From positions 96,001 through 160,000 of the IMG/VR virus record IMGVR_UViG_3300021255_004427: 64,000 nucleotides of DNA. One strand, 5' to 3'. The DNA is from a virus. Taxonomy: Duplodnaviria; Caudoviricetes. Position numbers and translations under genes: made by a program. This document shows, one piece after another, positions 21,220 through 32,304 of this stretch. Every line of letters begins with the position of its first letter. Positions within the stretch are counted from its first letter, which is position 1. The notes below the pieces were generated by a model. It was not told where the DNA came from. It did not search any database and saw nothing but the letters and a program-made list of their open reading frames with translations.

Positions 21220-24200
21220 TTGACTCTCCCATATAGCCGGAAATTCAATTCTGGTCGACAGTCAGAGCAGTTCTATAATGAAGAGCTGCATAAAATATAT
21301 GAATCCACGAAGCATTTAACAGATAGCCCGCCAGCAAATCAAGAGCCCACGGCAAAGTTACATCGTTCCATGTGGCATGATGAAAAACATAACCAGCTCA
21401 AATGGTGGGATAAAATAAACAGCAAGTGGCGCACGTACTATGAAAAAGAATTCAAGATTACGGGCGAAATTATGTCCATATTGCCTCCGGAGGCACCGGT
21501 TTACGGGCAGCTCTGGTTACATAACGGAGTTCTTTGCTATTACGATGGCGTAAATTGGAATCCTGTAAAGGCTCTCCTACAGGATGGTTCTCAGTTCTCT
21601 TTGGATGTGTTCAAGAACTTTATTATGGTGTCCCCTCTGTGGAAAATTGGAGACACTATCGTCGGCGATAAAGAATTGGAAATGTTCATTAAGGAAGAGC
21701 GAAAATACCTCCAAGGGATCTTGGATGCAAAAACAGACTCTATGATAACAGGTGACGGAACGGAATGGGATCTTAAGTATCAGGCCGACGTAGACTATCC
21801 TCAATTGCCAGCCACACCTATAGATAAAAAAGTTCAGCTCCTCGTGCCAAATATCGATTACGGTAGGCTGTTTTTAGGACACCTTCTAGATTCGGATAAA
21901 TATGAAGAAATATCAAAGGTCTGTATCCAGTATCAGCGCAACGATATTATTAACAAGGGGCCGTCACTCATTCATTTGAACCCTGGGCGCATCACAAAAA
22001 TCACGAAGCGCTTGATTATGATTGACCGTGAAAATCCGCGCATACAAATTCTGGCAGGAAACACAGAGTTCTATGGTTTCCACGAAGGCAATCCTCTTGG
22101 CGATTTGTTGATTCCAGACCAGAACTACCAGAATGAAGATGGAACTCTCGGAAGTCTATTTAAAGACTATACTATGGTGGAAGACGGCATTCTGCTGTCA
22201 TATGATGCTGCGCAAAACTATGACTACGTTCTGGCTATCACATATGAATTCAGCTGGATGAAGAGCACAGGCAGAATGTCCCGGGGCAGCAACCATGATA
22301 ACAGTAACTGCTTCTATGTAGACAATTTTGTTGGTCCGTTGAACGTCTTTGTTGAAGGCTATGACCTGGAGGACCCGTATTTTGAAGAAGATGGAATGGA
22401 TCAAACCGTTACCGTCAAAGAAAAAGTGGATGGGCTTACGGTCTCCATGCTGCATACCCCTAGCCGAGAATATGGCTATATTCGCAGAATCGACGTTAAT
22501 AACAATGCAGTCATCCGCCCGCTAAGAAACTACAAACAGCCGCTGCTATTTGTAAACGGGCAAGCAATGCATCCCAAATACGACAATATCCAATGGAATT
22601 CGGATGGTACAATAACGATACCCGGCGGAAAGATGGATATGATGTGGAGCATCGTTGACCTTTCGGGTACGCAGGAAGACGGCGCGAATGGCATTGTTGA
22701 GTTCACCGCTCCGATAACTTCTGGTCTTGTTGGTCAGGACGGGAAAATTAGCTATGCTGCTGGTTTTATTCCGGACGCATCCGTAACCAATGCGGTACTC
22801 TTTATCGACGGTTTGTTGGTAAAAAAAGAAGACATCATTATAGAACGGGCAACCCGCAAGATAACGATTAGCGGCGGACTCAATCCTGGACAGGAATACA
22901 TCCTCATCTACGATAAGTATAATTGGCTTTACGACGAAAAGTATATCACGCCGGCATTGCCAGTAGGTAAGTTTACCGATTCCCTGGTATACATGAATGG
23001 GCATTTGCTTTGCAATGGCGAAGCTCTGGATGTGGTTGCAAAACCGTACCACCAGAAAATTGAGCCGGACGGCACGACAAGCATGGAACCGTACCCCGGC
23101 ATATTCAATGAAGTAAAATGCTTCAAAACAGTAACTTTGGCGGCAGATGGTTTTACCGAATTAGTTACGCGCGACTATCGTGTATATGATCCAAAAGAGC
23201 AAAAGTGGAATCCAATACAGTCTTACCAGGTTGCAGGTATTAAAGGATTTGCTTATAGCTATGAAGATATGCCTAAGAGCGTTCACCTCCTAATACCGTA
23301 CGACACCACAGATGATATAAGGATTTTTGCTTTTAACACTGCGAATTCGGTCGAACACCCTCTTATTGTTGGCAATATCCTGGCAGACAATGACCACCCC
23401 ATTCTCACTGTCGGTAACGGCAAATATTGGGACGCCAATCAAGGGAGAGAAGTTCCGTTCTCCGATCCAAACCGGAACAGACTTGCGACCCCGTTCATAT
23501 TTGGTAAGAACACGTTGCGTGTATGGTGTAACGGTATTCGTCAGTACCCGGCAGTAGAAAACAAATGTGACGGTATTGTTGAATACATGGACGGAAACGC
23601 AGAAGTGGATGGCAGCGGTAATGCATTCCGACTCCCAGAACCGTTTTCTGGTAAAATCACCTATGCAATAGAACTGCCAGATACTGGTGCTGGTAAATCG
23701 TGTTCCATGGAAGTGTTAAATCACAAAAACGTCCTTCCGGGGTACGTCAATATGTATAAGACAGAACTGCCAATGTTCCCTGGTAGGGTAACGATATATG
23801 TTAACGGAATTCGGTTGCCGGAAAACCAGTACAGTGTTATGGATAACCATACGATTCTTATTGATAACGAGCAGGCTCTTATTGGTAGCAGCCGTAATTA
23901 TCCCAAGGAAACATTGGTCGCTAACCGGAAAAAGTACACGCTTGAGCATAAGCAGGACGACTTAATTCTCGTAGAAGTGCGTCAGGACGAAAGAGTAGAA
24001 GCGACCATAGAATGCCAGGGGCATCCCGTATACGAGTTGCCTATCGAAAAATATGAGCTTGATCCGGCCGTGTTGGAGCCGGCTGACGAAATGATGATTT
24101 TTGTCAACGGACTGTACTTTGGCCCTAAAATGAATGATGGTTATAAGTGCAATGTACTTCGCGGCAGCATCTCGGTAACTCAGGAAGATACTTTAGAAAT

Positions 24201-24330
24201 CATGAACCATGACGAGGAGGATATTTTCCTGAAAGGTAACGAAGAATACCATAAGACAAATTATGCCGCGATGACCGATGGCAAAAGATATGAGCAAAAG
24301 AATGCCACGCTAACTTTAGAATGGAGATAA
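21220..24330 (+). CDS. Large virion structural protein with repeated (L/V)(F/Y)(V/I)(N/D)G beta modules
   Basis: 1036 aa, TTG start. Recurrent LFVNG, LFIDG, VYMNG, VWCNG, IYVNG, IFVNG. Confidence 0.6.
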   Translation: MTLPYSRKFNSGRQSEQFYNEELHKIYESTKHLTDSPPANQEPTAKLHRSMWHDEKHNQLKWWDKINSKWRTYYEKEFKITGEIMSILPPEAPVYGQLWLHNGVLCYYDGVNWNPVKALLQDGSQFSLDVFKNFIMVSPLWKIGDTIVGDKELEMFIKEERKYLQGILDAKTDSMITGDGTEWDLKYQADVDYPQLPATPIDKKVQLLVPNIDYGRLFLGHLLDSDKYEEISKVCIQYQRNDIINKGPSLIHLNPGRITKITKRLIMIDRENPRIQILAGNTEFYGFHEGNPLGDLLIPDQNYQNEDGTLGSLFKDYTMVEDGILLSYDAAQNYDYVLAITYEFSWMKSTGRMSRGSNHDNSNCFYVDNFVGPLNVFVEGYDLEDPYFEEDGMDQTVTVKEKVDGLTVSMLHTPSREYGYIRRIDVNNNAVIRPLRNYKQPLLFVNGQAMHPKYDNIQWNSDGTITIPGGKMDMMWSIVDLSGTQEDGANGIVEFTAPITSGLVGQDGKISYAAGFIPDASVTNAVLFIDGLLVKKEDIIIERATRKITISGGLNPGQEYILIYDKYNWLYDEKYITPALPVGKFTDSLVYMNGHLLCNGEALDVVAKPYHQKIEPDGTTSMEPYPGIFNEVKCFKTVTLAADGFTELVTRDYRVYDPKEQKWNPIQSYQVAGIKGFAYSYEDMPKSVHLLIPYDTTDDIRIFAFNTANSVEHPLIVGNILADNDHPILTVGNGKYWDANQGREVPFSDPNRNRLATPFIFGKNTLRVWCNGIRQYPAVENKCDGIVEYMDGNAEVDGSGNAFRLPEPFSGKITYAIELPDTGAGKSCSMEVLNHKNVLPGYVNMYKTELPMFPGRVTIYVNGIRLPENQYSVMDNHTILIDNEQALIGSSRNYPKETLVANRKKYTLEHKQDDLILVEVRQDERVEATIECQGHPVYELPIEKYELDPAVLEPADEMMIFVNGLYFGPKMNDGYKCNVLRGSISVTQEDTLEIMNHDEEDIFLKGNEEYHKTNYAAMTDGKRYEQKNATLTLEWR

Positions 24331-24334
24331 TAAC

Positions 24335-26503
24335 ATGATTAAACCAGGACATACAAGCCTGAACATGGAAGACATTTCGGAGGACTTACGCGTTGTCCAT
24401 CGCCACATTGCTAAGGTGGCTCCTTCAACAACAGACCCTAACACGGGTGCTGAGGTCTTTATGCGTCAGGATGGGGATATTAACAAGCCTGTCCTCCCGA
24501 ACTATCGTAATAAAATTGTCAAAGCAGATGATGTAGATCTCGTTGGCGGGATTGAAGCGGGAAGAATCGCGGTTGCTGTAAGCAAGGACAATCGAACAAC
24601 TATAGATAACGCCATGAAGCTCAATGGCCATCCTGCTGAAGACTTTACGACAGCAGAAAAGGGCAGGAAGATGGAAGAGGCCACGGAGCAGGTTACGCTG
24701 CATTACGGCAATGACATCGCCTCAATTCGCGATGAGCTTTACCAGCTTAAACACGCACTTGAGAAAAACGGCCTTATCCACTTAACCAATGAGCATTTTG
24801 GCTATAACGATACGTTCCGAAATGGACATAAACCGTATGAATATGAAGAGCTGGGACGGCCGACAATTGACTGTCCCTCGGCCGACAAAATCCGTCTTGA
24901 CGAAGAAGCAGTTAAGAAGCTCGATGTAGGCGACTTTATTGCTATCTACTTCCGTGACGAAGAAAAAGTGGATGTTGTTCAGATTGCATCCATCGGAGCT
25001 GATGGCCAGACTCTGACATTGGATGAGGGTATGACGCATGGCAACATGACTAAGGAAAACATCATTGTTTATAAAAGCTATGGTGTATCCCGCGACGGCA
25101 ACTTCTATTTCGCTCGCGACGTAGAATTTAAAGTCGGTGATGAAAATATTTGGACGGGACTTGACGACGATACCACGGTATCTCTTTACCGCCCCGTATC
25201 TGAGGAGCAGAGTTCCTATGGCTACGGATTCCGAATTCCGGAAAGTAAACAGGGCTTCCTGACCAAGTTCCAGATTTACGCACACGCCATTGGAACGCCG
25301 ACGCTTACCTGCTACATTTTTGATGAACAGGATATTGGCAATTTTAAGAATCCGGTACAGGCAGAAAACCTCTATAAAAGTGGTGATGTGAACGCAGATG
25401 GCGAACCGAAGATGCACTTCTTCGCAAAATCCAACCCTGTAAATCTTGACCCTACGCTGGGTGAGCATATTGTTACATTCGATTTCTGGAATGCAGAGTC
25501 TGAATCTTATCCTCTTGTAATGCGTAAGGATACGCCGACAAATCGCGTCCGTTATGTAGCAGTTATTTGCGGGACCTTTGTGGATGACAATAACTATGCA
25601 AATGTACGATTCATTATGAATGCTGGAGGAAAAGGCGGCGACCTGGAAACCAACAATAAGGTATACCGCTACACCGAGCAGCTGGATACTTCCGTAACGC
25701 CGGCACTTTCACACAACACGGAAGATGACGGCAAGGACATGTATTATGCGGTCATTATGCGAGAAGCAATTGAGCACGAGATGGACGCACAGAACCGTGG
25801 TTTGTATTCGGCCATCATAACCAGTCCAAAAGGTATGCCGGTCTCAAGAGCAAGGCTTACCATGCGTATTAAGCGCGAAGGCGGACTTTGGGATGCAAAC
25901 ATCTCTGAACCAAACGTCTACGGCATTAGTGAAAGAGTATCATTCCCAACAGAAGTGTTTAAAAACTTCCCCGAAAGAAAGGCTTCCTTTAGAACAGCAG
26001 ACACTCTCGGCCTGCAAGATGATATTCGTTTGCCAATGGAGTTAAGAAATACTGCTGGCGTATATACGAGAAAACCTGATACCATTATCGGCAACAACAT
26101 CGTAAAAGGGACGCCAAATACGACCTCGATTGTTCCAAGTGAGCCGATCATCGTTAAACCGGACGATATGGTGTATCGCAATGCATACCAGGTTTCCGTA
26201 AAGGGTAAGATGTATGAATACGACGCAAACAAAAAACAGTTTGTTGTAACTTCACAGAGTAAGGTGTTCCTTAAGCCTATCGCCGTAATTCCGGACGGCT
26301 GCAAGGATAAGAAAGACGTATATTCTGACCGCATTATCTGGGAGGGCGACTTCCGGACAAAAGAAGGTAATCCTCTTTATTTTAACGAGTTGGAATTGCA
26401 GGTTTTCTGGCATAAGCCTGCGTTCTCTGAACTTACAACTGTTGCAACAGAACAGATGGGCGTTATTCACGACCTCATTTTCTCTACCGACAGAACGGTG
26501 TAA
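24335..26503 (+). CDS. Putative virion structural protein (722 aa)
   Basis: Long ORF in the structural block; no enzyme motif recognised. Confidence 0.55.
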   Translation: MIKPGHTSLNMEDISEDLRVVHRHIAKVAPSTTDPNTGAEVFMRQDGDINKPVLPNYRNKIVKADDVDLVGGIEAGRIAVAVSKDNRTTIDNAMKLNGHPAEDFTTAEKGRKMEEATEQVTLHYGNDIASIRDELYQLKHALEKNGLIHLTNEHFGYNDTFRNGHKPYEYEELGRPTIDCPSADKIRLDEEAVKKLDVGDFIAIYFRDEEKVDVVQIASIGADGQTLTLDEGMTHGNMTKENIIVYKSYGVSRDGNFYFARDVEFKVGDENIWTGLDDDTTVSLYRPVSEEQSSYGYGFRIPESKQGFLTKFQIYAHAIGTPTLTCYIFDEQDIGNFKNPVQAENLYKSGDVNADGEPKMHFFAKSNPVNLDPTLGEHIVTFDFWNAESESYPLVMRKDTPTNRVRYVAVICGTFVDDNNYANVRFIMNAGGKGGDLETNNKVYRYTEQLDTSVTPALSHNTEDDGKDMYYAVIMREAIEHEMDAQNRGLYSAIITSPKGMPVSRARLTMRIKREGGLWDANISEPNVYGISERVSFPTEVFKNFPERKASFRTADTLGLQDDIRLPMELRNTAGVYTRKPDTIIGNNIVKGTPNTTSIVPSEPIIVKPDDMVYRNAYQVSVKGKMYEYDANKKQFVVTSQSKVFLKPIAVIPDGCKDKKDVYSDRIIWEGDFRTKEGNPLYFNELELQVFWHKPAFSELTTVATEQMGVIHDLIFSTDRTV

Positions 26504-26511
26504 ATCGAAAC

Positions 26512-26540
26512 AGCCGCCCTCTAAGTGGGCGGCTTTTGTT
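26512..26540 (+). terminator. Intrinsic terminator
   Basis: AGCCGCCC-7 nt-GGGCGGCT + TTTGTT. Confidence 0.75.
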
Positions 26541-26605
26541 ATACCCGGACACAATAAAGCGGCAAAGATGGTAATACCACGATAGCACTAATTTTTGGAG
26601 GAAAT

Positions 26606-27460
26606 ATGGCGAACATAACGAATACCGACGAGCTTGTCGATAATATAAAGACCTTGACCACACCAATAGATTTGCCGGCGGGAACATTTAACGAAAAAAT
26701 GAGCGCCAGCGAAGTAAATGGTCTTTTCCAGGGCATAGAGACATGCCTAAACAAACTATATGAAAAACTCCGTATGCTGGAAGACCTACATACGTTTAGT
26801 GAAGAATATATTAAGAACGAATTTAATAAAGTGAAACCCGAGCTGGATGACGCTATTGTAAAACTTGACCAGGCAGAAGAAGATTATTCAAACACGAAAA
26901 CAAAGGCGAATTTGCTTACGTTTGTCGGCGGCAATGTAATGACAGATCGCGATGGCTCCTCAATAAACTCTGCACAGATAGTCGATGGAGATGTTATCCT
27001 GGCCGGCTCTGTTAATATCTTAGAAGCAATACCAGCGAAGGTGGTTGTCAACTCTTCGGATATCCCGTATAGAAGAAGTAAAATGCCGGCAGACAACTAC
27101 AAAACTTTTTATGCAATGGAGTCTATGCCGAGTGAGCCGGTTAAAGAGTCAATTGACCTCTTTTTTGCGCGCCCGACCATAATCAATTTTATGAAGACAT
27201 CCGCATTTAACTCCGCAATTAGTAATGTTGCAATCTATAAGTCGAATGATGATGTAGTTAATATTGATCCGGGTACAATGGTTTTTCCAGAATGTACGGC
27301 AACTGGCATACATATGGATTTAACAGGTGGTAAAATCGAGCCGGTTGTTACGGAGATAACTGGCGAGAAGGACACATTCTGTGACCTCGAAGAAGAATAT
27401 GAATTGGATGTGCTGGACAGCATATTTGAAAAACATGTAAAGGACAATGGTGGGGAATAA
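26606..27460 (+). CDS. Putative structural protein (284 aa)
   Basis: SD GGAGG; N-terminal coiled coil; coupled to the next gene (TAATG). Confidence 0.55.
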   Translation: MANITNTDELVDNIKTLTTPIDLPAGTFNEKMSASEVNGLFQGIETCLNKLYEKLRMLEDLHTFSEEYIKNEFNKVKPELDDAIVKLDQAEEDYSNTKTKANLLTFVGGNVMTDRDGSSINSAQIVDGDVILAGSVNILEAIPAKVVVNSSDIPYRRSKMPADNYKTFYAMESMPSEPVKESIDLFFARPTIINFMKTSAFNSAISNVAIYKSNDDVVNIDPGTMVFPECTATGIHMDLTGGKIEPVVTEITGEKDTFCDLEEEYELDVLDSIFEKHVKDNGGE

Positions 27461-28182
27461 TGTATATAAATCTGCTCAATGCCCAGTGTATTCCAAATGA
27501 GGCTGTCGTCAAAAAGACAAAAGAAGGACTCTTATACTTTGACGGCAACAGCTGGAAGTATTTAACAAAAAAAGAATACAGGGTATTGGAAGAAGGGGAC
27601 GGGTATAGTACCAAAAAAGTCGGCAAAAACACGTACGTAAATATATCGGAAGATGAGCTCGTGCCAGCAGAAAAGGTTGCGACCAAGACAGCGAGGTACT
27701 ATACAAACTACTTCGGGCTCAATGACTTAGTGATTGGCGACAGGAAGTTCTATCAAACCAGCGGCCTGTTAACGGATGATATTTATGTGGAAAAAGGAAA
27801 GCCCGTAAAATTAAAAGCTAATATCCGGGCGCGGGAATTTACAAGCGTCGAGTTTTCCATCATAGATGGTGGCGAAGAAATACCCGTTCTCTTGGACGGG
27901 GAGGATAAGGTTGTAGACGAAAGGTTGTTCTTTGGCTGCGACACACGAATGGTCGGTACAGGAAAGGTATATAAAAAGGATTTTAAATCCCTCACCCATG
28001 AACCGAACGATAGTGATTTTTTCAACAACTTCATTTTGACGGTTTCCTATATGCCGGATGAAAAATACCGAACGTATACACCTAAACATGATAAAGTCAA
28101 AGTTAAAGTTGTTATCCGGTTGTATAAGGAAAATGCATTGAGCCCTGAGATTTCCAACATAATACTTACACAGGAGGTGTAA
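27460..28182 (+). CDS. Putative structural protein (240 aa)
   Basis: Coupled ORF in the operon. Confidence 0.5.
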   Translation: MYINLLNAQCIPNEAVVKKTKEGLLYFDGNSWKYLTKKEYRVLEEGDGYSTKKVGKNTYVNISEDELVPAEKVATKTARYYTNYFGLNDLVIGDRKFYQTSGLLTDDIYVEKGKPVKLKANIRAREFTSVEFSIIDGGEEIPVLLDGEDKVVDERLFFGCDTRMVGTGKVYKKDFKSLTHEPNDSDFFNNFILTVSYMPDEKYRTYTPKHDKVKVKVVIRLYKENALSPEISNIILTQEV

Positions 28183-28184
28183 AG

Positions 28185-29672
28185 ATGGCGACAACGCAAT
28201 TATTAGACAACTCGCTTGAACTGCAGAAGGACTTATACAGCATTATCGTTCCTGAGGAAAGCATAATTAAGACAGCTGAGTTTCGCAAGGAATATGCAAA
28301 AGTAATCGCTGCGGCGCCATTTTCCGACGAGAGTCGCGCTGACGAAATTGTCGCCAGTAAAGATAACGAGCCAATTTTTGAAATCAAAAAGATGCATCCG
28401 GAAGACCAACCAAAACGGACAGACCTAGTTCAGATGGCTACCGATATAGCTGTAGACCTAACTACTGCAGATTATCAGGTTGTCAATACGGCAAACCGAT
28501 ACACGGCTCTTATCGCCGGCACAATTAACCGGATGAATGCCATTAAGGAGCGAATTCTTCGGAATAAAGAACGGCTGGAAGATATTAATTTTATTACGGC
28601 AGCGTATAAGGGATTAAGCGATTCTGTAATCATTACAGAGGATTTATGTTCCGGCTCATACTTGTATCATAACGGAGTGTATGGAGCGTTTTGCTCGCAA
28701 GCTCCGTCAGAAATAAAGAAGGACGTGCAAATCCTCTCTGTGGAAGGAAACGGATATGTAGGAAATGCGCATGTACTGACTCAGGGGGATAAGTATCTTG
28801 AAGATACTGATAATCGCGGAAACTTAGAGTATATCTCGGATGACAGCCCGCTGACAGTATTTGAATATTCCAGAATCTGCAGCAAGGACGTATCGCAATA
28901 CAGATTAAATAAAAGTACTGCGTATGATGTAAATCAGGATGACAAGGACGTCAATTGTATAATCACCCTGATGAGTAAAAATGCAAGCGGTATAAATATG
29001 GTGGACATTGATTCCGCCGGAGGCGCGGTTGTCATTAAGGATGTGTTGGTGTCCAGTGACAATATTAATTACCGCAGTATTTTGCAATCGGAAATCGATA
29101 TGCGTGTGGACATGTATCATGCAGCCAACCAGATTGCCGGCAGCGGAAAAGTTTGCTTTCCTACATCCCGCTATGTAAAACTTGTGCTTTCTTCCAGTTA
29201 TTGTGAGCCGGGGGAAGTCTTGGGGTATAGTGAAGTAGATTTAAGCGGAGAAAAACCGGAGGTGGTTATCCGCCGGCTAAAGAATGCAATGCGCAAAGTA
29301 ATTAAAATTGGCAGTTTGAATGCGTATGAGTGCGAATACGATATGGGCAATATATTGACCGGCGACCTTGCTCCTACCGAAGGCTGCAAAACAGTTGCAG
29401 TATTTGCCAATGAATGCGTTCCGTATGGCATAGAAAACCCTGAAGAAGCTGTAAAATATACACTTTACATAAATGGCGTGGAATATCCCGTAGTGCCGAT
29501 TAACAGCGACAAACCTGGCATAAAAATGATTTCTTGTACAGAAAGTCAGTTTGAAGGCGTTAATGTAAAGTTCATCGGAGAAAAGATAAAAACAATTCAG
29601 CTCAGGGTGAAGATTGAGAGTGGTAAAGGCATGACGCCATTTGTTGGCAATTTAAAACTTTGTATAGGATAA
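28185..29672 (+). CDS. Putative structural protein (495 aa)
   Basis: SD AGGAGG; N-terminal helical part followed by a beta-rich part. Confidence 0.55.
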   Translation: MATTQLLDNSLELQKDLYSIIVPEESIIKTAEFRKEYAKVIAAAPFSDESRADEIVASKDNEPIFEIKKMHPEDQPKRTDLVQMATDIAVDLTTADYQVVNTANRYTALIAGTINRMNAIKERILRNKERLEDINFITAAYKGLSDSVIITEDLCSGSYLYHNGVYGAFCSQAPSEIKKDVQILSVEGNGYVGNAHVLTQGDKYLEDTDNRGNLEYISDDSPLTVFEYSRICSKDVSQYRLNKSTAYDVNQDDKDVNCIITLMSKNASGINMVDIDSAGGAVVIKDVLVSSDNINYRSILQSEIDMRVDMYHAANQIAGSGKVCFPTSRYVKLVLSSSYCEPGEVLGYSEVDLSGEKPEVVIRRLKNAMRKVIKIGSLNAYECEYDMGNILTGDLAPTEGCKTVAVFANECVPYGIENPEEAVKYTLYINGVEYPVVPINSDKPGIKMISCTESQFEGVNVKFIGEKIKTIQLRVKIESGKGMTPFVGNLKLCIG

Positions 29673-29678
29673 AACAAT

Positions 29679-30869
29679 ATGTATCTAGAAAGATTAAAGA
29701 AGTTAAAGGAACTAAAGGAGCTTACGGAGCGCGCTCTTTTACAACAGGGAGAATTTCCGGACAAGATGTACGTGAAGCAGCTGCTCGGCGGAATGGATAC
29801 CCGGTATGCGATATTTAAATATGATAATGTTCAGCCGGACACAGGATTCGACCTTGAAAAAATGATTAATGATTTGCGCTGCATCCAAAAAGACCTGAAT
29901 ATCATTTATGAAATCGTTGACGAGCTGGCACGGGAAAAGTACACCAGACTGGAGTCTTTTGTTAATGGGTATCTGTCTTCGCTGGAGAATATTGCAGACA
30001 GAGCCGATAAAAAGGCAATGGAGAAAATTGAAACGACATCTCTTGGTGCTTCAATTGTTTTCTTTACCAACGATGTGTCGGCCGTGCGCATTGAAGACAC
30101 GACAGCAAGTATACAGATTACAAATCTTAAATGTACCCCACAAAGCAAATTGTATGGTTCGATTATTGGTACGGGATTCAATGTTGAAGATGTCGTTTTT
30201 CAGATAGGTGAGCGTCGATTCTCTCCGTACACAGTAAATAGGAGTACGTTTAAAGTCGGCGGCGAACTGGAGTGTAACACATACACTTATGCTGTAAACG
30301 AAGAATATCCCGTTGGCAATGCATTTAAGATTCCAAATTCGACGATTGAAGCCAGTGAAAAGAACAAATACGAAGTGTATGGTGCGCGCGACAAAGTTAA
30401 AGTGGCGTCAAATACGCGTTTAGAATTGATACCGGTTACAAAACTGCAAGGTAGTATAGCTACAGAAACCACAACATATTCGTTCTACATTGGAAACGCA
30501 ACCAAGATCACATTTGATTTCTCGGCCGAGCCGACTTACAAGAACTTCAGCTCGTATGAGAATCAAAACCTGGATAAGAATAGGATATATCGCTTTGAGT
30601 TTACGGTTCCTGCGGGCACTTCTTTCTCGTGGGTTCATGACGGAACTATCTTTGCTACGAAGGAGAAAACGTCTATAAACGGTTCTGAGTTATGCATAGT
30701 GGAAAATACGATGGCCAAAGACTTTATCATTTACGAGTACGCACCAGGAGATAAGGTAGTGTATGACGATGTGAAAATTATCATACATAATATCAGGCAG
30801 GAAGTATTCCGCATTGAGTCTGTGGCCATAAAAGAAATTAGCGAGACGGGGGTGGCGGCGCCGGTATGA
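29679..30869 (+). CDS. Putative structural protein (396 aa)
   Basis: Operonic; N-terminal ..IQKDLNIIYE coiled motif. Confidence 0.55.
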   Translation: MYLERLKKLKELKELTERALLQQGEFPDKMYVKQLLGGMDTRYAIFKYDNVQPDTGFDLEKMINDLRCIQKDLNIIYEIVDELAREKYTRLESFVNGYLSSLENIADRADKKAMEKIETTSLGASIVFFTNDVSAVRIEDTTASIQITNLKCTPQSKLYGSIIGTGFNVEDVVFQIGERRFSPYTVNRSTFKVGGELECNTYTYAVNEEYPVGNAFKIPNSTIEASEKNKYEVYGARDKVKVASNTRLELIPVTKLQGSIATETTTYSFYIGNATKITFDFSAEPTYKNFSSYENQNLDKNRIYRFEFTVPAGTSFSWVHDGTIFATKEKTSINGSELCIVENTMAKDFIIYEYAPGDKVVYDDVKIIIHNIRQEVFRIESVAIKEISETGVAAPV

Positions 30870-31090
30870 TTCTGTATAATATGCGATATCGCGGCCCGTA
30901 TGAATATGAGAAGTTCATTCTCAATGTTTTTCAATATCACAATGAGATACTGCGCATGAAAAAAGAGCTTAACGAGAAGAATGAACAAAATATAACAGAG
31001 CTCACCGCAAAACTGGATAAGCTCAGAGAAAAAGTAGATGAACTAAGCAACCAGATTTTGATATTGCGGGAAAAAGCTACAGCAGTATAA
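30866..31090 (+). CDS. Small coiled-coil protein (74 aa)
   Basis: ATGA overlap with the upstream gene; RYRGPYE motif followed by a heptad repeat. Confidence 0.6.
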   Translation: MILYNMRYRGPYEYEKFILNVFQYHNEILRMKKELNEKNEQNITELTAKLDKLREKVDELSNQILILREKATAV

Positions 31091-31101
31091 GAGGAAACGA
31101 A

Positions 31102-32145
31102 ATGATAGATAAACCAACAACAAGCGAAGTTATGGATATTTTTAATGCGGCCTATGATGATGCCAAAAAGATAGACCAGAACATTCGTGACACCAAAAAA
31201 GTGCTGAGTGAAAAACTTGAGCTTCTCAGTACACAAATGGAATACATGGCAAACCAGGTATTAACAGCATCCGAACAGACCGGTGTTGTAAAAGAAAAAA
31301 TCTTCTTGGCAGATGCGGATAAAGTTGGGCGATATGACCAGTTCGGAATGACTATCCACCCCAAGTTTGTAAAAGATCCGCGGGATTTATTCAATTACCG
31401 GTCCACAAAGGGGTATATGTTTAAAGGGAATGTAACCACGCTGATAAACGGCGAAGAGGATTCAGACTACACAGAATGTCTTAAGCAGGATACAGTGAAT
31501 GGTAAAAAATACACGATTAAGGAATATGACAGCAGCGATATCACGCTGACAATCCTCCCTAACCTGCGAGCGCCATTGGGCAGCTTACAGTTTAATATGC
31601 TCGAAATCATGCCTTATTTGCCGGGGTCGTTTAACATTGAATCGATCAAAGTGTTCTCCAGGGATAATCTGGAAGTCGAAACACAGGCTCTGGATAACGG
31701 TATTATCCGGGTTGGTGCGCAGCGGATTGTCTTCTCCGGAAAAACAGAGCTGGGTAAGATAGAGATTAAAATCCGCCTGCTGTATAAAAACTCATCCGGC
31801 AAGTATCCGTTTGGCTTAAAGCACTTGTATGTACAGGAGGCCGAATTTGAAGACGATTGCTACGTCATTGTCCGCGCCGACAAAACCAAAGCGATTTCCT
31901 ATATATATGATAGCATTGTGGTTAAAAATCAGTATGGCGTAGACACTTCGGCATCAAGCAAGGAATATGATATCCATTACTACGCTTTTTTTGACGGGGA
32001 AAATCCTGACCGCGAACTTGAAGTATCAAAACCTGCTGCGCTAAATTACATTGCCACGAACACAAAAACAGTGTTTATTAAAATTCCTGTAGAAACAGCT
32101 ATTATAGCTATTACGCCAAATATTTCAACGGAAACGATTAGTTAA
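31102..32145 (+). CDS. Putative structural protein (347 aa)
   Basis: SD GAGG; last gene before a terminator. Confidence 0.55.
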   Translation: MIDKPTTSEVMDIFNAAYDDAKKIDQNIRDTKKVLSEKLELLSTQMEYMANQVLTASEQTGVVKEKIFLADADKVGRYDQFGMTIHPKFVKDPRDLFNYRSTKGYMFKGNVTTLINGEEDSDYTECLKQDTVNGKKYTIKEYDSSDITLTILPNLRAPLGSLQFNMLEIMPYLPGSFNIESIKVFSRDNLEVETQALDNGIIRVGAQRIVFSGKTELGKIEIKIRLLYKNSSGKYPFGLKHLYVQEAEFEDDCYVIVRADKTKAISYIYDSIVVKNQYGVDTSASSKEYDIHYYAFFDGENPDRELEVSKPAALNYIATNTKTVFIKIPVETAIIAITPNISTETIS

Positions 32146-32149
32146 CTCC

Positions 32150-32183
32150 AATACCGCCCGCGATAAGCAGGCGGTATTTTTAT
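32150..32183 (+). terminator. Intrinsic terminator ending the structural block
   Basis: AATACCGCC...GGCGGTATT followed by further T residues. Confidence 0.75.
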
Positions 32184-32227
32184 CTTGTATATAGTCAGAA
32201 AAATTTTAACATTTTGAAAAAATAGTA

Positions 32228-32287
32228 TTGCCAAAATGAGACCGTTGTGATAATATGTAAGTAGAACGTAAGAAGTATGTAAGAAGT
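32228..32287 (+). promoter_or_regulatory. Sigma70-type promoter with three phased GTAAGAAGT-type repeats downstream
   Basis: TTGCCA (32228)-17 bp-TAATAT (32251) with TG extension. Repeats start at 32257, 32268 and 32279 (11-bp period). Confidence 0.65.
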
Positions 32288-32304
32288 GAAAGGGGATAAA
32301 GAAG

